DNA of 64,000 nucleotides from a virus (IMGVR_UViG_3300028602_000002:1-64000), one strand, 5' to 3'. Shown: positions 17,942 to 25,468, numbered from the stretch's first letter. The notes: generated from the letters alone by a model not told the origin. Made by a program: numbers and translations.

Positions 17942-18604
17942 TTGGATATTAGAGATGCGAAGGTAAATTGGAATGATGACTGGGCTAATGACCCTCAGTT
18001 GGTTGTTTTAGTTGACAGAATCCCTAAGAGGGAAGAGTTAGTTTATGAAGTTGTTCACGTTAGTCCTCATACCTGCCTATATTTCAGCATCCATGAAGGT
18101 TATGTTTCCTACTTATACGAAGATGATAGGAATCGTAGAGGATATGGTGGTGATACTTTCTGGTTGAATGTTAAGGGTGTTGGTCGTATTGGTGTTAAAG
18201 GTCCTTGGTCTTCAAGAGCAAGTGTTGTTTATAAGCTAACTGGTATTCCTGTTGTTGATGTTGCTATGACTAATTCAAAAGAGAGTTATGAGCGGGGCTT
18301 CACGCTTCAGGCTGGCTGTATTACTTGGGGAGCCGCTATCCAAGCCGCTAAAATTGCTGATGTAGTATTAGAAGAGGATGTGAAGTATGATGAAATTACT
18401 TTTATTCCGAGAAAAGAATGTCCGCAATACATCCATCAGCTACCCCGTGCTCTACAGTTGTTAGCTTATTGTTATAAGGGTAATTATGAACATATGGAGA
18501 AGTCTTTAAGGGAGCGGACTGAGGAATACTTTAGTAAGTATTATGGGAATAAGTGGCAGGAGAAGTTGGATATTCAAATTCCACAGAAGGGAGAACTTCA
18601 CTAA
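17942..18604 (+). CDS. hypothetical phage protein
   Basis: GYGG.TF...KGPWSS motif, RBS GGAGG. Confidence 0.75.
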   Translation: MDIRDAKVNWNDDWANDPQLVVLVDRIPKREELVYEVVHVSPHTCLYFSIHEGYVSYLYEDDRNRRGYGGDTFWLNVKGVGRIGVKGPWSSRASVVYKLTGIPVVDVAMTNSKESYERGFTLQAGCITWGAAIQAAKIADVVLEEDVKYDEITFIPRKECPQYIHQLPRALQLLAYCYKGNYEHMEKSLRERTEEYFSKYYGNKWQEKLDIQIPQKGELH

Positions 18605-19197
18605 TGCTTGCTCCACAGGTTATATTAGATATTCATAACTCATCTAATAAGAGGTCTGATGGTAGTTCAAGATTTGTTTATCCTATATCTGATACTGTTG
18701 TTATGAAACTACCTATTAGTTTTGAATACTCTGGTGGTATAGAGCAATCAAATGAAGAATTACTTTTCTATCAGAACCGCTTACAGCCGCAGTTCTCTCA
18801 TTTAGTGGCTAATCTTATTGATTATGTTTTAATACCTTTACATCCGTTCATCAAATCACCTTGGTGTGAGTATAATACAGTTCCTATATTATTCCTTGAG
18901 AGAGTAGAGCCGCTACATGAGTTTATAACCGCTGATATTGGTTTATTCAACTTAATAGATATTCTAAAAACTTGGTATGGTAAGCAACTTGGTAATAAAT
19001 ACTATCAGGAGTTACTTCACTTCTCTCGGGAAACAGGTCTTAGTGATGTTATGAGTAATATTACTAACTGGGGTGTTAATGCCGCAGGAGATATTATATG
19101 TATAGATTGTGGTATTCTTCATAAACCTGGTAGCTTTGATAGCCGCTACATTCCTTCTCATTATTACTCTTCATCGTGTTCTCCTTTCTTCCCATAG
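18604..19197 (+). CDS. atypical protein-kinase-like protein
   Basis: GSSR.V, V.K.P, E-helix, D....NWG and DCG (DFG-like) motifs. Confidence 0.65.
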   Translation: MLAPQVILDIHNSSNKRSDGSSRFVYPISDTVVMKLPISFEYSGGIEQSNEELLFYQNRLQPQFSHLVANLIDYVLIPLHPFIKSPWCEYNTVPILFLERVEPLHEFITADIGLFNLIDILKTWYGKQLGNKYYQELLHFSRETGLSDVMSNITNWGVNAAGDIICIDCGILHKPGSFDSRYIPSHYYSSSCSPFFP

Positions 19198-19281
19198 AGT
19201 GTCCCTATGTCGGGTCAACAGCTCTAGTCCGATGTTACTTACGGTCCTCCTCTTGCTGAGGGATACTGGCTGAGGGTGAGT
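19198..19281 (+). ncRNA. candidate HDV-like self-cleaving ribozyme
   Basis: P1 AGTGTCC/GGATACT, P3 CTC/GAG, loop CTCTTGCT, GG, then CTGA, bulged P2 ACTTAC/GTGAGT. Confidence 0.35.
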
Positions 19282-19369
19282 TATTAGAGGGAAGATTCTA
19301 TGTAAGGGGATGAAATGTGGCGTAAAATTTTCCAGATAAGTAAAAATTTTCCATGTCGTATAGTTTTAA

Positions 19370-19399
19370 AGGGGAGAAATTTGACGAATCTCCCCTTTC
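19370..19399 (+). terminator. intrinsic terminator
   Basis: AGGGGAGA/TCTCCCCT hairpin plus T tract. Confidence 0.7.
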
Positions 19400-19690
19400 G
19401 TTTATTAGTTTTTATTAGTATATTAGTATATTTATATTAATATATTAATATATTTATATATATATTTATATAAAATAATGTAATATTTTATATATTTTTT
19501 ATTATATTCTGTTAAATTTTGTATATATTTTATATAATTTTACTTATATTATATATAATTATATATATTTATATAATATTATGTACAATATAGGGCTAAA
19601 ACTCTTCCATAACCTTCCACTTTTGTAAAATTCCTGCACTTCCCTGCTTCATATTATATATTTTTATTATTATTTTTATTATTATCATAG
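19400..19690. other. extremely AT-rich non-coding tract (possible replication origin/unwinding element)
   Basis: about 190 bp (19400-19590) almost pure A/T with TATAT iterations, AT-rich to 19690; no ORF. Confidence 0.45.
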
Positions 19691-20062
19691 ACGCGAAAGC
19701 CCATTATGGAATGTTGTACCAACGCACACAAGTTGTGTTAATCCATGTTAACAATGTTACGCTTTGCGTATTACTGCCGCTTAAACTCTCTCTCTTGCTT
19801 AGCTTACACAGCTCATTTCACAGCTCGCACTAGCGGCTCTATAACAACATAGCTTGCAACCGCACTATTAAGGGCGGCGATGGCTTGTGAATTTTTCCAG
19901 AGCTGGAATTTACTGGGAATGACGGAGCTATATGGGTAAAAATTCGCAGATTTTACCCATGTCCCAACGATATGGGTAAAAATTACGCATATTATAAACT
20001 GGTAAAATTGGAATTGTATGGGAATGACGGCAGAATTTCCAGTTACTTACAGAAAAAACTTC

Positions 20063-20091
20063 TTGACAGCTCCGCGGTTTCATGGTATAAT
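20063..20091 (+). promoter_or_regulatory. sigmaA-type promoter
   Basis: TTGACA-17-TATAAT. Confidence 0.9.
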
Positions 20092-20122
20092 AGATATATA
20101 AAGGATGAGAGGGGCGGTCATA

Positions 20123-20656
20123 GTGTATCCTTGGAATACTTCTCTTGCTACATACTTGAATTTAAGTCGAGAGAGAGATGTTAGTAATACTGATAGGCAA
20201 GAATATAACTGCGGCGGATTCGCTTTAGAAACTTTCTCTTGGTATATTCCTTATGATGGTGATGAGTATTTTGAGTTGGTTGACTATTATGATGAGGATT
20301 TATCATTAGTTACAGAACATTGTGTTAATCATATGTTGAATGAGGTGCCAGGGTTAAGACTAATTAACGCAGTCAGTGATGCACGAAAAGATGAAAAAGT
20401 TGTGTTATTTAGAGTTGGACCTTTTGATTTTCACTATGTGAAATATGAAAATGGTGAGTATCTTCATAAGGTTGGTTCCACTCCTATCCTTCCTATGTCA
20501 GAAGAAGAGGTTTATAGTAGAGCTTGGTGTTATGGCAAATACAATGGTGAGATAGTAATCTTTGCACTGAAACCTGTAGATGGTAGATCTTTCCTGAAAA
20601 AAGTTCTTGACAACCTCGAGAATCTATGGTATAATATATATAGAAAGGTGAGGTGA
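20123..20656 (+). CDS. hypothetical protein with putative papain-like Cys/His motif
   Basis: YNCGGFAL, DFHYVK and HKVG; GTG start after RBS. Confidence 0.65.
   Translation: MYPWNTSLATYLNLSRERDVSNTDRQEYNCGGFALETFSWYIPYDGDEYFELVDYYDEDLSLVTEHCVNHMLNEVPGLRLINAVSDARKDEKVVLFRVGPFDFHYVKYENGEYLHKVGSTPILPMSEEEVYSRAWCYGKYNGEIVIFALKPVDGRSFLKKVLDNLENLWYNIYRKVR
20607..20635 (+). promoter_or_regulatory. sigmaA-type promoter upstream of the mini-tmRNA cassette
   Basis: TTGACA-17-TATAAT followed by ATATATAG. Confidence 0.9.
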
Positions 20657-20663
20657 GCATGTT

Positions 20664-20828
20664 ATGAAAGCGGAAATTTTGAAGGTGATAGCGGCTGAAA
20701 TGAATGAGGCTGAGCGTAAAGCAGATGCGGCGGTTGATAAAGGTGAGATGGATGTTCATCGTTTTCATGCTGGAGCGTTTCATGCTCTTCAGAATTTATA
20801 TACCAGAGTGGTAAGAATACCGTTATAA
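20664..20828 (+). CDS. 54-aa hypothetical protein
   Basis: RBS GAGGTG; ends 2 nt before the mini-tmRNA. Confidence 0.65.
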   Translation: MKAEILKVIAAEMNEAERKADAAVDKGEMDVHRFHAGAFHALQNLYTRVVRIPL

Positions 20829-20830
20829 AT

Positions 20831-20911
20831 GGGGCTGACGGGTGTCGTCAGGTGGAAAATCTCCTACGGAGCCTCACCTGAACCTGGGTTCAACTCCCAG
20901 CAGCTCCACCA
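20831..20911 (+). ncRNA. minimal tmRNA-like RNA (tRNA-like domain only)
   Basis: GGGGCTG/CAGCTCC-A-CCA acceptor with G3:U70, stemless D-loop, CAGGTG/CACCTG helix, T-arm CTGGG-TTCAACT-CCCAG; no anticodon arm or tag ORF. Confidence 0.75.
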
Positions 20912-20918
20912 GATATTA

Positions 20919-21031
20919 GGGGAGAGGGAAAAAGGGATTATATTACCGCCAGCAAACCAGCATCCCTGAGCCGTACGGCGACAGCCAATGGGTAATTCCA
21001 GAGGAGCACTGTTAGGCTGGCTAATCTCCCC
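20919..21031 (+). ncRNA. unidentified 113-nt structured RNA
   Basis: GGGGAGA/TCTCCCC closing stem, GGGAT/ATCCC, GCCG/CGGC, CAGCC/GGCTG; possible loop pairing ATTACC/GGTAAT. Confidence 0.6.
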
Positions 21032-21048
21032 ATTTAAGGAGGATTAAT

Positions 21049-21324
21049 ATGGATTATAAAGATTGTCGTGATTGTTATTATTTACTTTCTATTGATTGTG
21101 TTCCTCATTGTGTTTTAGCAGATAAAGTTATCAGTGAAGTGGAGCGTTGTCCTGAAACTAAAGAGGAGCCTAATGAGATTAAGTTTGAGATTTATTTCAG
21201 TGACTTGAACTATGAAGCTCAGAAGCAAATGCTTGAAACGTTTGGTCAGGATTTTGTTAAAGAGGGGAATTATGATGCTTTTCCTCTGGTTGAATACATT
21301 CAATATAAAAATCCTGATTTGTAA
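21049..21324 (+). CDS. hypothetical protein
   Basis: RBS AGGAGG; Cys-rich N-terminus. Confidence 0.7.
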   Translation: MDYKDCRDCYYLLSIDCVPHCVLADKVISEVERCPETKEEPNEIKFEIYFSDLNYEAQKQMLETFGQDFVKEGNYDAFPLVEYIQYKNPDL

Positions 21325-21345
21325 TTAAATCCCAGAAAATACTTC

Positions 21346-21374
21346 TTGACAACCCCTGAAATTCGTGATATAAT
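21346..21374 (+). promoter_or_regulatory. sigmaA-type promoter
   Basis: TTGACA-17-TATAAT. Confidence 0.9.
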
Positions 21375-21408
21375 AAATATAGAAAAAAGAAAAGGAGGCT
21401 TTACCCCA

Positions 21409-21696
21409 ATGGCTAAGAAAGAAAAGAAAGTTGAACTGAGGGACGTGCTGAGGAAGGAAATCGCTGTGCTTCTGATGGAAGCCAAGGGTCTCACTGAGAT
21501 CGGTAGGACTAAGGAAGGTCTGGTTGTAACTGAAGGCGAACAAGACCTGGTGATCAGGGTTATCCAGAAGAAAGACAAAGTGGAAAAGAAAGACATCGTG
21601 GAAGTCATCACTCTGGATGAAGCCGAAGCCGAAGGTGAAGATGAAGGCGAAACTGAAGATGAAGCCGAGGGCGATTCCGAGGATGAAGCTCAGTAG
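21409..21696 (+). CDS. unknown small protein with acidic tail (paralogue 1 of 3)
   Basis: GRTKEGL..VIRVIQKK motif; own promoter and terminator. Confidence 0.85.
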   Translation: MAKKEKKVELRDVLRKEIAVLLMEAKGLTEIGRTKEGLVVTEGEQDLVIRVIQKKDKVEKKDIVEVITLDEAEAEGEDEGETEDEAEGDSEDEAQ

Positions 21697-21702
21697 AGTG
21701 AG

Positions 21703-21741
21703 AAAGAGGGCGGATGAAGACGTGCCGCCTTCTTTTTCTTT
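21703..21741 (+). terminator. intrinsic terminator
   Basis: AGAGGGCGG/CCGCCTTCT hairpin plus T tract. Confidence 0.75.
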
Positions 21742-21890
21742 CCTGTTGTTTCCATAATTTTACAGCTCTTCCACAGCTCGCCATATATTCCAAAATATGG
21801 AAGCGGGCTGTTCGTCATTCCCTATTCTTTTTTCTTTTGGAATTGTGTGGAAATGACGGACGCCTGGAAAATAGTGGTAAAAAATACTTC

Positions 21891-21919
21891 TTGACAAAAC
21901 CACGGATTTTTGATATAAT
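21891..21919 (+). promoter_or_regulatory. sigmaA-type promoter
   Basis: TTGACA-17-TATAAT. Confidence 0.9.
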
Positions 21920-21948
21920 ATATATAATGAAAGAAAGGGGAGGATAAC

Positions 21949-22218
21949 ATGGCTGGTGGCTTCTGGGATAGTGAAAAGGTATTGAGGGACGTTCCCAAAG
22001 TTGGAACCAAGTCGACATTCTACCGTTTTAAGGAAGTGAAGAAAGGTAACAAGAAGTATATTGACGTGCGGGAACACTTCATTAAGGCGGATGGAACTGA
22101 GCAATATACTTCCAAAGGAACTGCCATTCCTGTTGATGGTTTTGAAGACTTCCTGATTGCAGTCAGAGATATTGGTGAATTCCTGAAAAGTGGCGAGATG
22201 CCTAAGGATTTGGGGTAG
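21949..22218 (+). CDS. PC4/YdbC-like single-stranded nucleic-acid-binding protein
   Basis: KYIDVREHF....G....TSKGTAIP motif. Confidence 0.8.
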   Translation: MAGGFWDSEKVLRDVPKVGTKSTFYRFKEVKKGNKKYIDVREHFIKADGTEQYTSKGTAIPVDGFEDFLIAVRDIGEFLKSGEMPKDLG

Positions 22219-22372
22219 CCATCCGCTACTGTGAAGGGGAGAAGGTTAAGACAACTACTTTGGAAGATCTATCCAAACAAGTGGAGTCATATTTGGCGAT
22301 GAAGCTTCCCAGTTGTCTTTCTCCTCAGGATATAATTGAGATTGCAAACTTGATTGATTATCGTGAAAGAAT

Positions 22373-22499
22373 TGGCGGACGCCAGGGGTAAGGCGTGCCT
22401 GAGTGGGAGTGGTTACCGGCCGTAGACCACAGGTAGGGCGAGCAGAGTGTTAAAACCCTAAAGGATAGCTGTTCAAGTAGGTTCGAAACCTACCCGCCA
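22373..22499 (+). ncRNA. tRNA-like RNA with an expanded central domain
   Basis: TGGCGG/CCGCCA stem, D-like hairpin ACGCC/GGCGT, T-arm GTAGG-TTCGAAA-CCTAC, two extra stems, no anticodon loop. Confidence 0.65.
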
Positions 22500-22504
22500 G
22501 AAGA

Positions 22505-22533
22505 AAGGAGAGCGTAAATGCTCTCCTTTTTTT
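22505..22533 (+). terminator. intrinsic terminator
   Basis: AAGGAGAGC/GCTCTCCTT plus T tract. Confidence 0.85.
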
Positions 22534-22754
22534 ATATATTTTTACAGCTCGCACAGCTTACCAAATAAGGTAATATATGGAATCCTGTTTTGAATTTGTT
22601 TGTGAAACTGGTAAATATGGAATCTTTTGGAAATGACGGAGTTTTCCATTTTATGGTAGAAAAGGAAAACTCTAACTGTTCCGCCATTGACATTCATTTC
22701 CAAATCTGGGATAAAAAACTTTTTTGAAATCTCCTAATTATTTCCAAAAAAGAC

Positions 22755-22783
22755 TTGCAATCCCAACTGATTTGTGGTATAAT
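22755..22783 (+). promoter_or_regulatory. sigmaA-type promoter
   Basis: TTGCAA-17-TATAAT with extended TG. Confidence 0.8.
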
Positions 22784-22816
22784 TATTATAGTAAGAAAAA
22801 GGAGGCGTTACCCCTA

Positions 22817-23098
22817 ATGGTAGAAAAAGGTAAGGAAAAAAAAGTAACTGCAAGGGAAACCCTGAGAACTGTTATCGCTGGATTGCTGATGGATGAATTT
22901 GGTTTGGAAAAGATTGGCAGGACTAAAGAGGGTTTGCTGGTAAGAACTGGTGATGAGGATCTGATTGTCAGGGTTATCCTGAAAAAGAATAAGGTGGAAG
23001 CAAAAGACATTGTGGAAACCATTGCCAGGAAAGATGCGGCAGTAGTGGAAGAAGAAGTAGAAGTGGAAGAAGATGGAGAAGAGGAAGATGCTGGTTGA
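22817..23098 (+). CDS. unknown small protein with acidic tail (paralogue 2 of 3)
   Basis: GRTKEGL..IVRVILKK motif; RBS AAGGAGG. Confidence 0.85.
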   Translation: MVEKGKEKKVTARETLRTVIAGLLMDEFGLEKIGRTKEGLLVRTGDEDLIVRVILKKNKVEAKDIVETIARKDAAVVEEEVEVEEDGEEEDAG

Positions 23099-23127
23099 GA
23101 GGGGAGAAATCCCCTCTCCTTTTTTTT
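23097..23127 (+). terminator. intrinsic terminator
   Basis: GAGAGGGGA/TCCCCTCTC plus T8. Confidence 0.85.
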
Positions 23128-23420
23128 ACCATGTCTTCCAAATTTTTCTAAGTTTTACAGCTCGCACCATCTTTTCCAAAATTTTCCTGTGTTTCCACAG
23201 CTCACCAGCTCTTACAGCTCGCACCTTATTTGGTAAAATTTGGGAGTGGTTTAAATTGGAAATGACGGCTGACACAGCTCGCAGGGGCGTTAAAAAAAGG
23301 GAAAACATGTAAGAAATTGGGAATGACGGAAATCCATAAATAGAATTATTTGGTAATGACGGAGGATTTCTGGAAGAATTTGGAAATTCCGTCATTGTAA
23401 ATCATTTCCATTTCTATTGT

Positions 23421-23449
23421 AAAAAAAAAGAGGATTACTCCTCTTTTTT
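23421..23449. terminator. terminator at the convergence of + and - transcription
   Basis: A9-GAGGA...TCCTC-T6 hairpin. Confidence 0.7.
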
Positions 23450-23587
23450 GTAACATGTGGTATAAAGTGCTTCTGCTTCTGGAGTGCGACATTTATCACA
23501 ATATTCTCCATTATCACAAGGACGATTACCAGTCCATGGATCTGGTTGACAGAAGTTTTCATTTAACATTTTTTCCCATTGTGTCAT
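23435..23587 (-). CDS. 50-aa Cys-containing hypothetical protein
   Basis: RBS GGAGG and promoter TTGACT-17-TATAAT at 23642-23614. Confidence 0.65.
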   Translation of the reverse strand: MTQWEKMLNENFCQPDPWTGNRPCDNGEYCDKCRTPEAEALYTTCYKKEE

Positions 23588-23951
23588 ATAATTTCCCTCC
23601 TCTCACTATAACCATTATATCACTTTTAGACTGGAAAGTCAATATCAAAATTGGAAAATGTTGAACTGTATTTTATTCCCTGAAATGGAAATAGTTGGGA
23701 ATGACGGAAGTCAAAAAAAAAGGAAAGTCTTGGAAGACTTTCCATTTATATGAAACTGGAGGTGTGTTTTACATGAAATCCCACATCTTGGCATTAATTT
23801 CCGCAATCACATCTTTTAGGTGTTCTTTACAGAAACCTGCATTTCTGGGAGGAAGTTCCATGCCACATCTTTTACAGTAATCTTTTGGTCTTAGTAAATT
23901 ATAAATTCTCAGGATAAATCTGGGAAACATGGAATCATCCTTTCTAAAATA

Positions 23952-24026
23952 TGGTGTGTCTGGGAGGAGTTGAACCTCCATAACACGGTTTAAAAGACCG
24001 GTATTTTACCATTAAATTACAGACCC
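23952..24026 (-). tRNA. second tRNA-Lys(TTT), slightly degenerate
   Basis: minus-strand cloverleaf, loop CTTTTAA, CCA; G2:A71 mismatch. Confidence 0.85.
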
Positions 24027-24034
24027 GTATGTAT

Positions 24035-24170
24035 CAGCATGGAGTCCAGTACTTTGGGAATAATTCCCAAGCTGGCGTGGCTTGGTGTCACAGTCGGGGA
24101 GTAGAAAGGACACCTACCAGTTTTTTACTTCCTTCACATTCCCCTAATTCCGTGAAGGAAAACCATGCTG
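24035..24170 (-). ncRNA. unidentified four-way-junction RNA
   Basis: CAGCATGG/CCATGCTG closing stem plus TTCCTTCAC/GTGAAGGAA, GGTGTC/GACACC and TTGGGAA/TTCCCAA; strand inferred from neighbouring genes. Confidence 0.6.
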
Positions 24171-24216
24171 TATCAGGAAAGGATAGGGAGGGCAGGGACA
24201 CCCTCCCTGTCAGGAA

Positions 24217-24456
24217 TCACTTGTAAGCGACGTAGCGGAAACTTCCATCTTCTTGTAGGGCGTATTCTCCAACTGCATCTTCGGGCTCATTTTTCTTTTT
24301 GATAACACGGATGATAAAGGTATCTTCATCTACTTCATAGCGTAGCCCTTCTTTGTGGCGAACGATTTTATCTCCATCTACTCCACGATTAATCAGGTCA
24401 GCAGCGATTTGCTCGTAAACCTCATCCCGCACTTCCACCTTTTTCTCTTTTGCCAT
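24217..24456 (-). CDS. unknown small protein (paralogue 3 of 3)
   Basis: MAKEKKVEVRD...RHKEGL...IIRVIKKK. Confidence 0.85.
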   Translation of the reverse strand: MAKEKKVEVRDEVYEQIAADLINRGVDGDKIVRHKEGLRYEVDEDTFIIRVIKKKNEPEDAVGEYALQEDGSFRYVAYK

Positions 24457-24503
24457 AAAATTGTCACACTCCTTTTTTATTTTTTCTCTCTCTTTCTAAA
24501 ACC

Positions 24504-24626
24504 ATTATATCATGGTTTCACTGGTTTGTCAAGAACTTTTTTTTGGAATCTTTTCCCATCCCTCCCGTTCCCATTGTTTCCCTCACCTTCTAAATACATT
24601 ATATCACGAAACCGCTGGAATTGCAA
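24504..24626 (-). promoter_or_regulatory. two tandem sigmaA-type promoters
   Basis: TTGACA-17-TATAAT (24532-24504) and TTGCAA-17-TATAAT (24626-24598). Confidence 0.85.
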
Positions 24627-24665
24627 TACCAAAAATGGAAATTTTTATGAGAAAAAAGAAAAAAA

Positions 24666-25043
24666 ATAATTCAGAAAATTTTGATTTTTACAGCTCACAC
24701 CAAATTTACCATATATTGGGTTGGAATTTACTGGAAATCCCAAGGAACTTTTTGGAAATGGCGGAAACACAGCTCGCAAAATTGACAGCTCACACCAAAT
24801 TTGGAAATAACTGGAAATGGAATTTACTGGAAATCCCAGGAAGAAAATGGAAAATCAGAATAGTCTGAAAATTCTGGATTGGAATTAATTGGAAATGACG
24901 GAAGTTTTAAAATTCTGACAATTCTGACAAATTCCGTCATCGTATAACAATGACATTTCTGGAAAAAACTGGAAATCCTGTAACTGGAAATGTTTGGAAA
25001 TGACGGAATTCTATGAAAAAGAAATCTGAATATTCTGACTATT
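24666..25043. promoter_or_regulatory. cluster of CodY-box-like sites
   Basis: 15-mers with 2-3 mismatches to AATTTTCWGAAAATT at 24666, 24859, 24909 and 25029. Confidence 0.5.
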
Positions 25044-25049
25044 TAAAAT

Positions 25050-25081
25050 AAAAAAAGGGAAATATTTCTATTTCCCTTTTT
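25050..25081 (-). terminator. intrinsic terminator
   Basis: AGGGAAATA/TATTTCCCT hairpin flanked by A and T tracts. Confidence 0.7.
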
Positions 25082-25174
25082 CAAACCAATTGTAAATTAA
25101 TTCCATTATGGAAACAAGAATTACGAAACCAGCACCATAACACCATAATAAAATTATTCCTTCAATAATCATTA

Positions 25175-25468
25175 TTAATTATCCTCCTTTCTGGTATAAT
25201 AGAATCTGTAGTAAATGATAAGAATTATTAGAATTAAAATTATTGTAAATGACATTGAAACTATAATGATAAGAATTATCCCGTAACCATTAACTGCCAT
25301 GTAAATTCCATATATTGACTTAAATCCATTTCCTACCAGAATCATGAAGAATGTGGTTAAATTCAATCCTTTTACATTTTTGGTAATTATTACCTGTGTA
25401 ATTTGTGGTAGCGCCGCGAATGTTAAAAGGATACCTCCTAATAATTGGAAAACTTCTGGTGTTGTCAT
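25175..25468 (-). CDS. PQ-loop/SemiSWEET-family small transporter
   Basis: GGILL..AALPQI...K.V.GL, three TM segments. Confidence 0.8.
   Translation of the reverse strand: MTTPEVFQLLGGILLTFAALPQITQVIITKNVKGLNLTTFFMILVGNGFKSIYGIYMAVNGYGIILIIIVSMSFTIILILIILIIYYRFYYTRKEDN

Larger units (their letters stand above)
19808..25006 (+). repeat. dispersed strand-biased intergenic motifs GG(A/G)AATGACGG and ACAGCTC
   Basis: about 14 and about 12 copies respectively in spacers between cassettes; extra AATGACGG copies at 191 and 27905. Confidence 0.85.

Noticed and set aside
20831-20911. Ordinary tRNA-Ala or amber suppressor (CTA in the small hairpin)
   Set aside because: No D-stem and no 5-bp stem with 7-nt anticodon loop; the ends match tmRNA instead.
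23073-24868. ORFs crossing spacers and RNAs (23073, 23126, 23455, 23695, 23769, 24029, 24355, 24512)
   Set aside because: They run across repeats, promoters or the tRNA, or lie opposite better-supported genes; the 3' part of 23769-23981(-) may still be a real small zinc-binding gene.
19800-25010. CRISPR array
   Set aside because: The repeats are only 7-11 bp, irregularly spaced and interleaved with genes; no cas genes seen.
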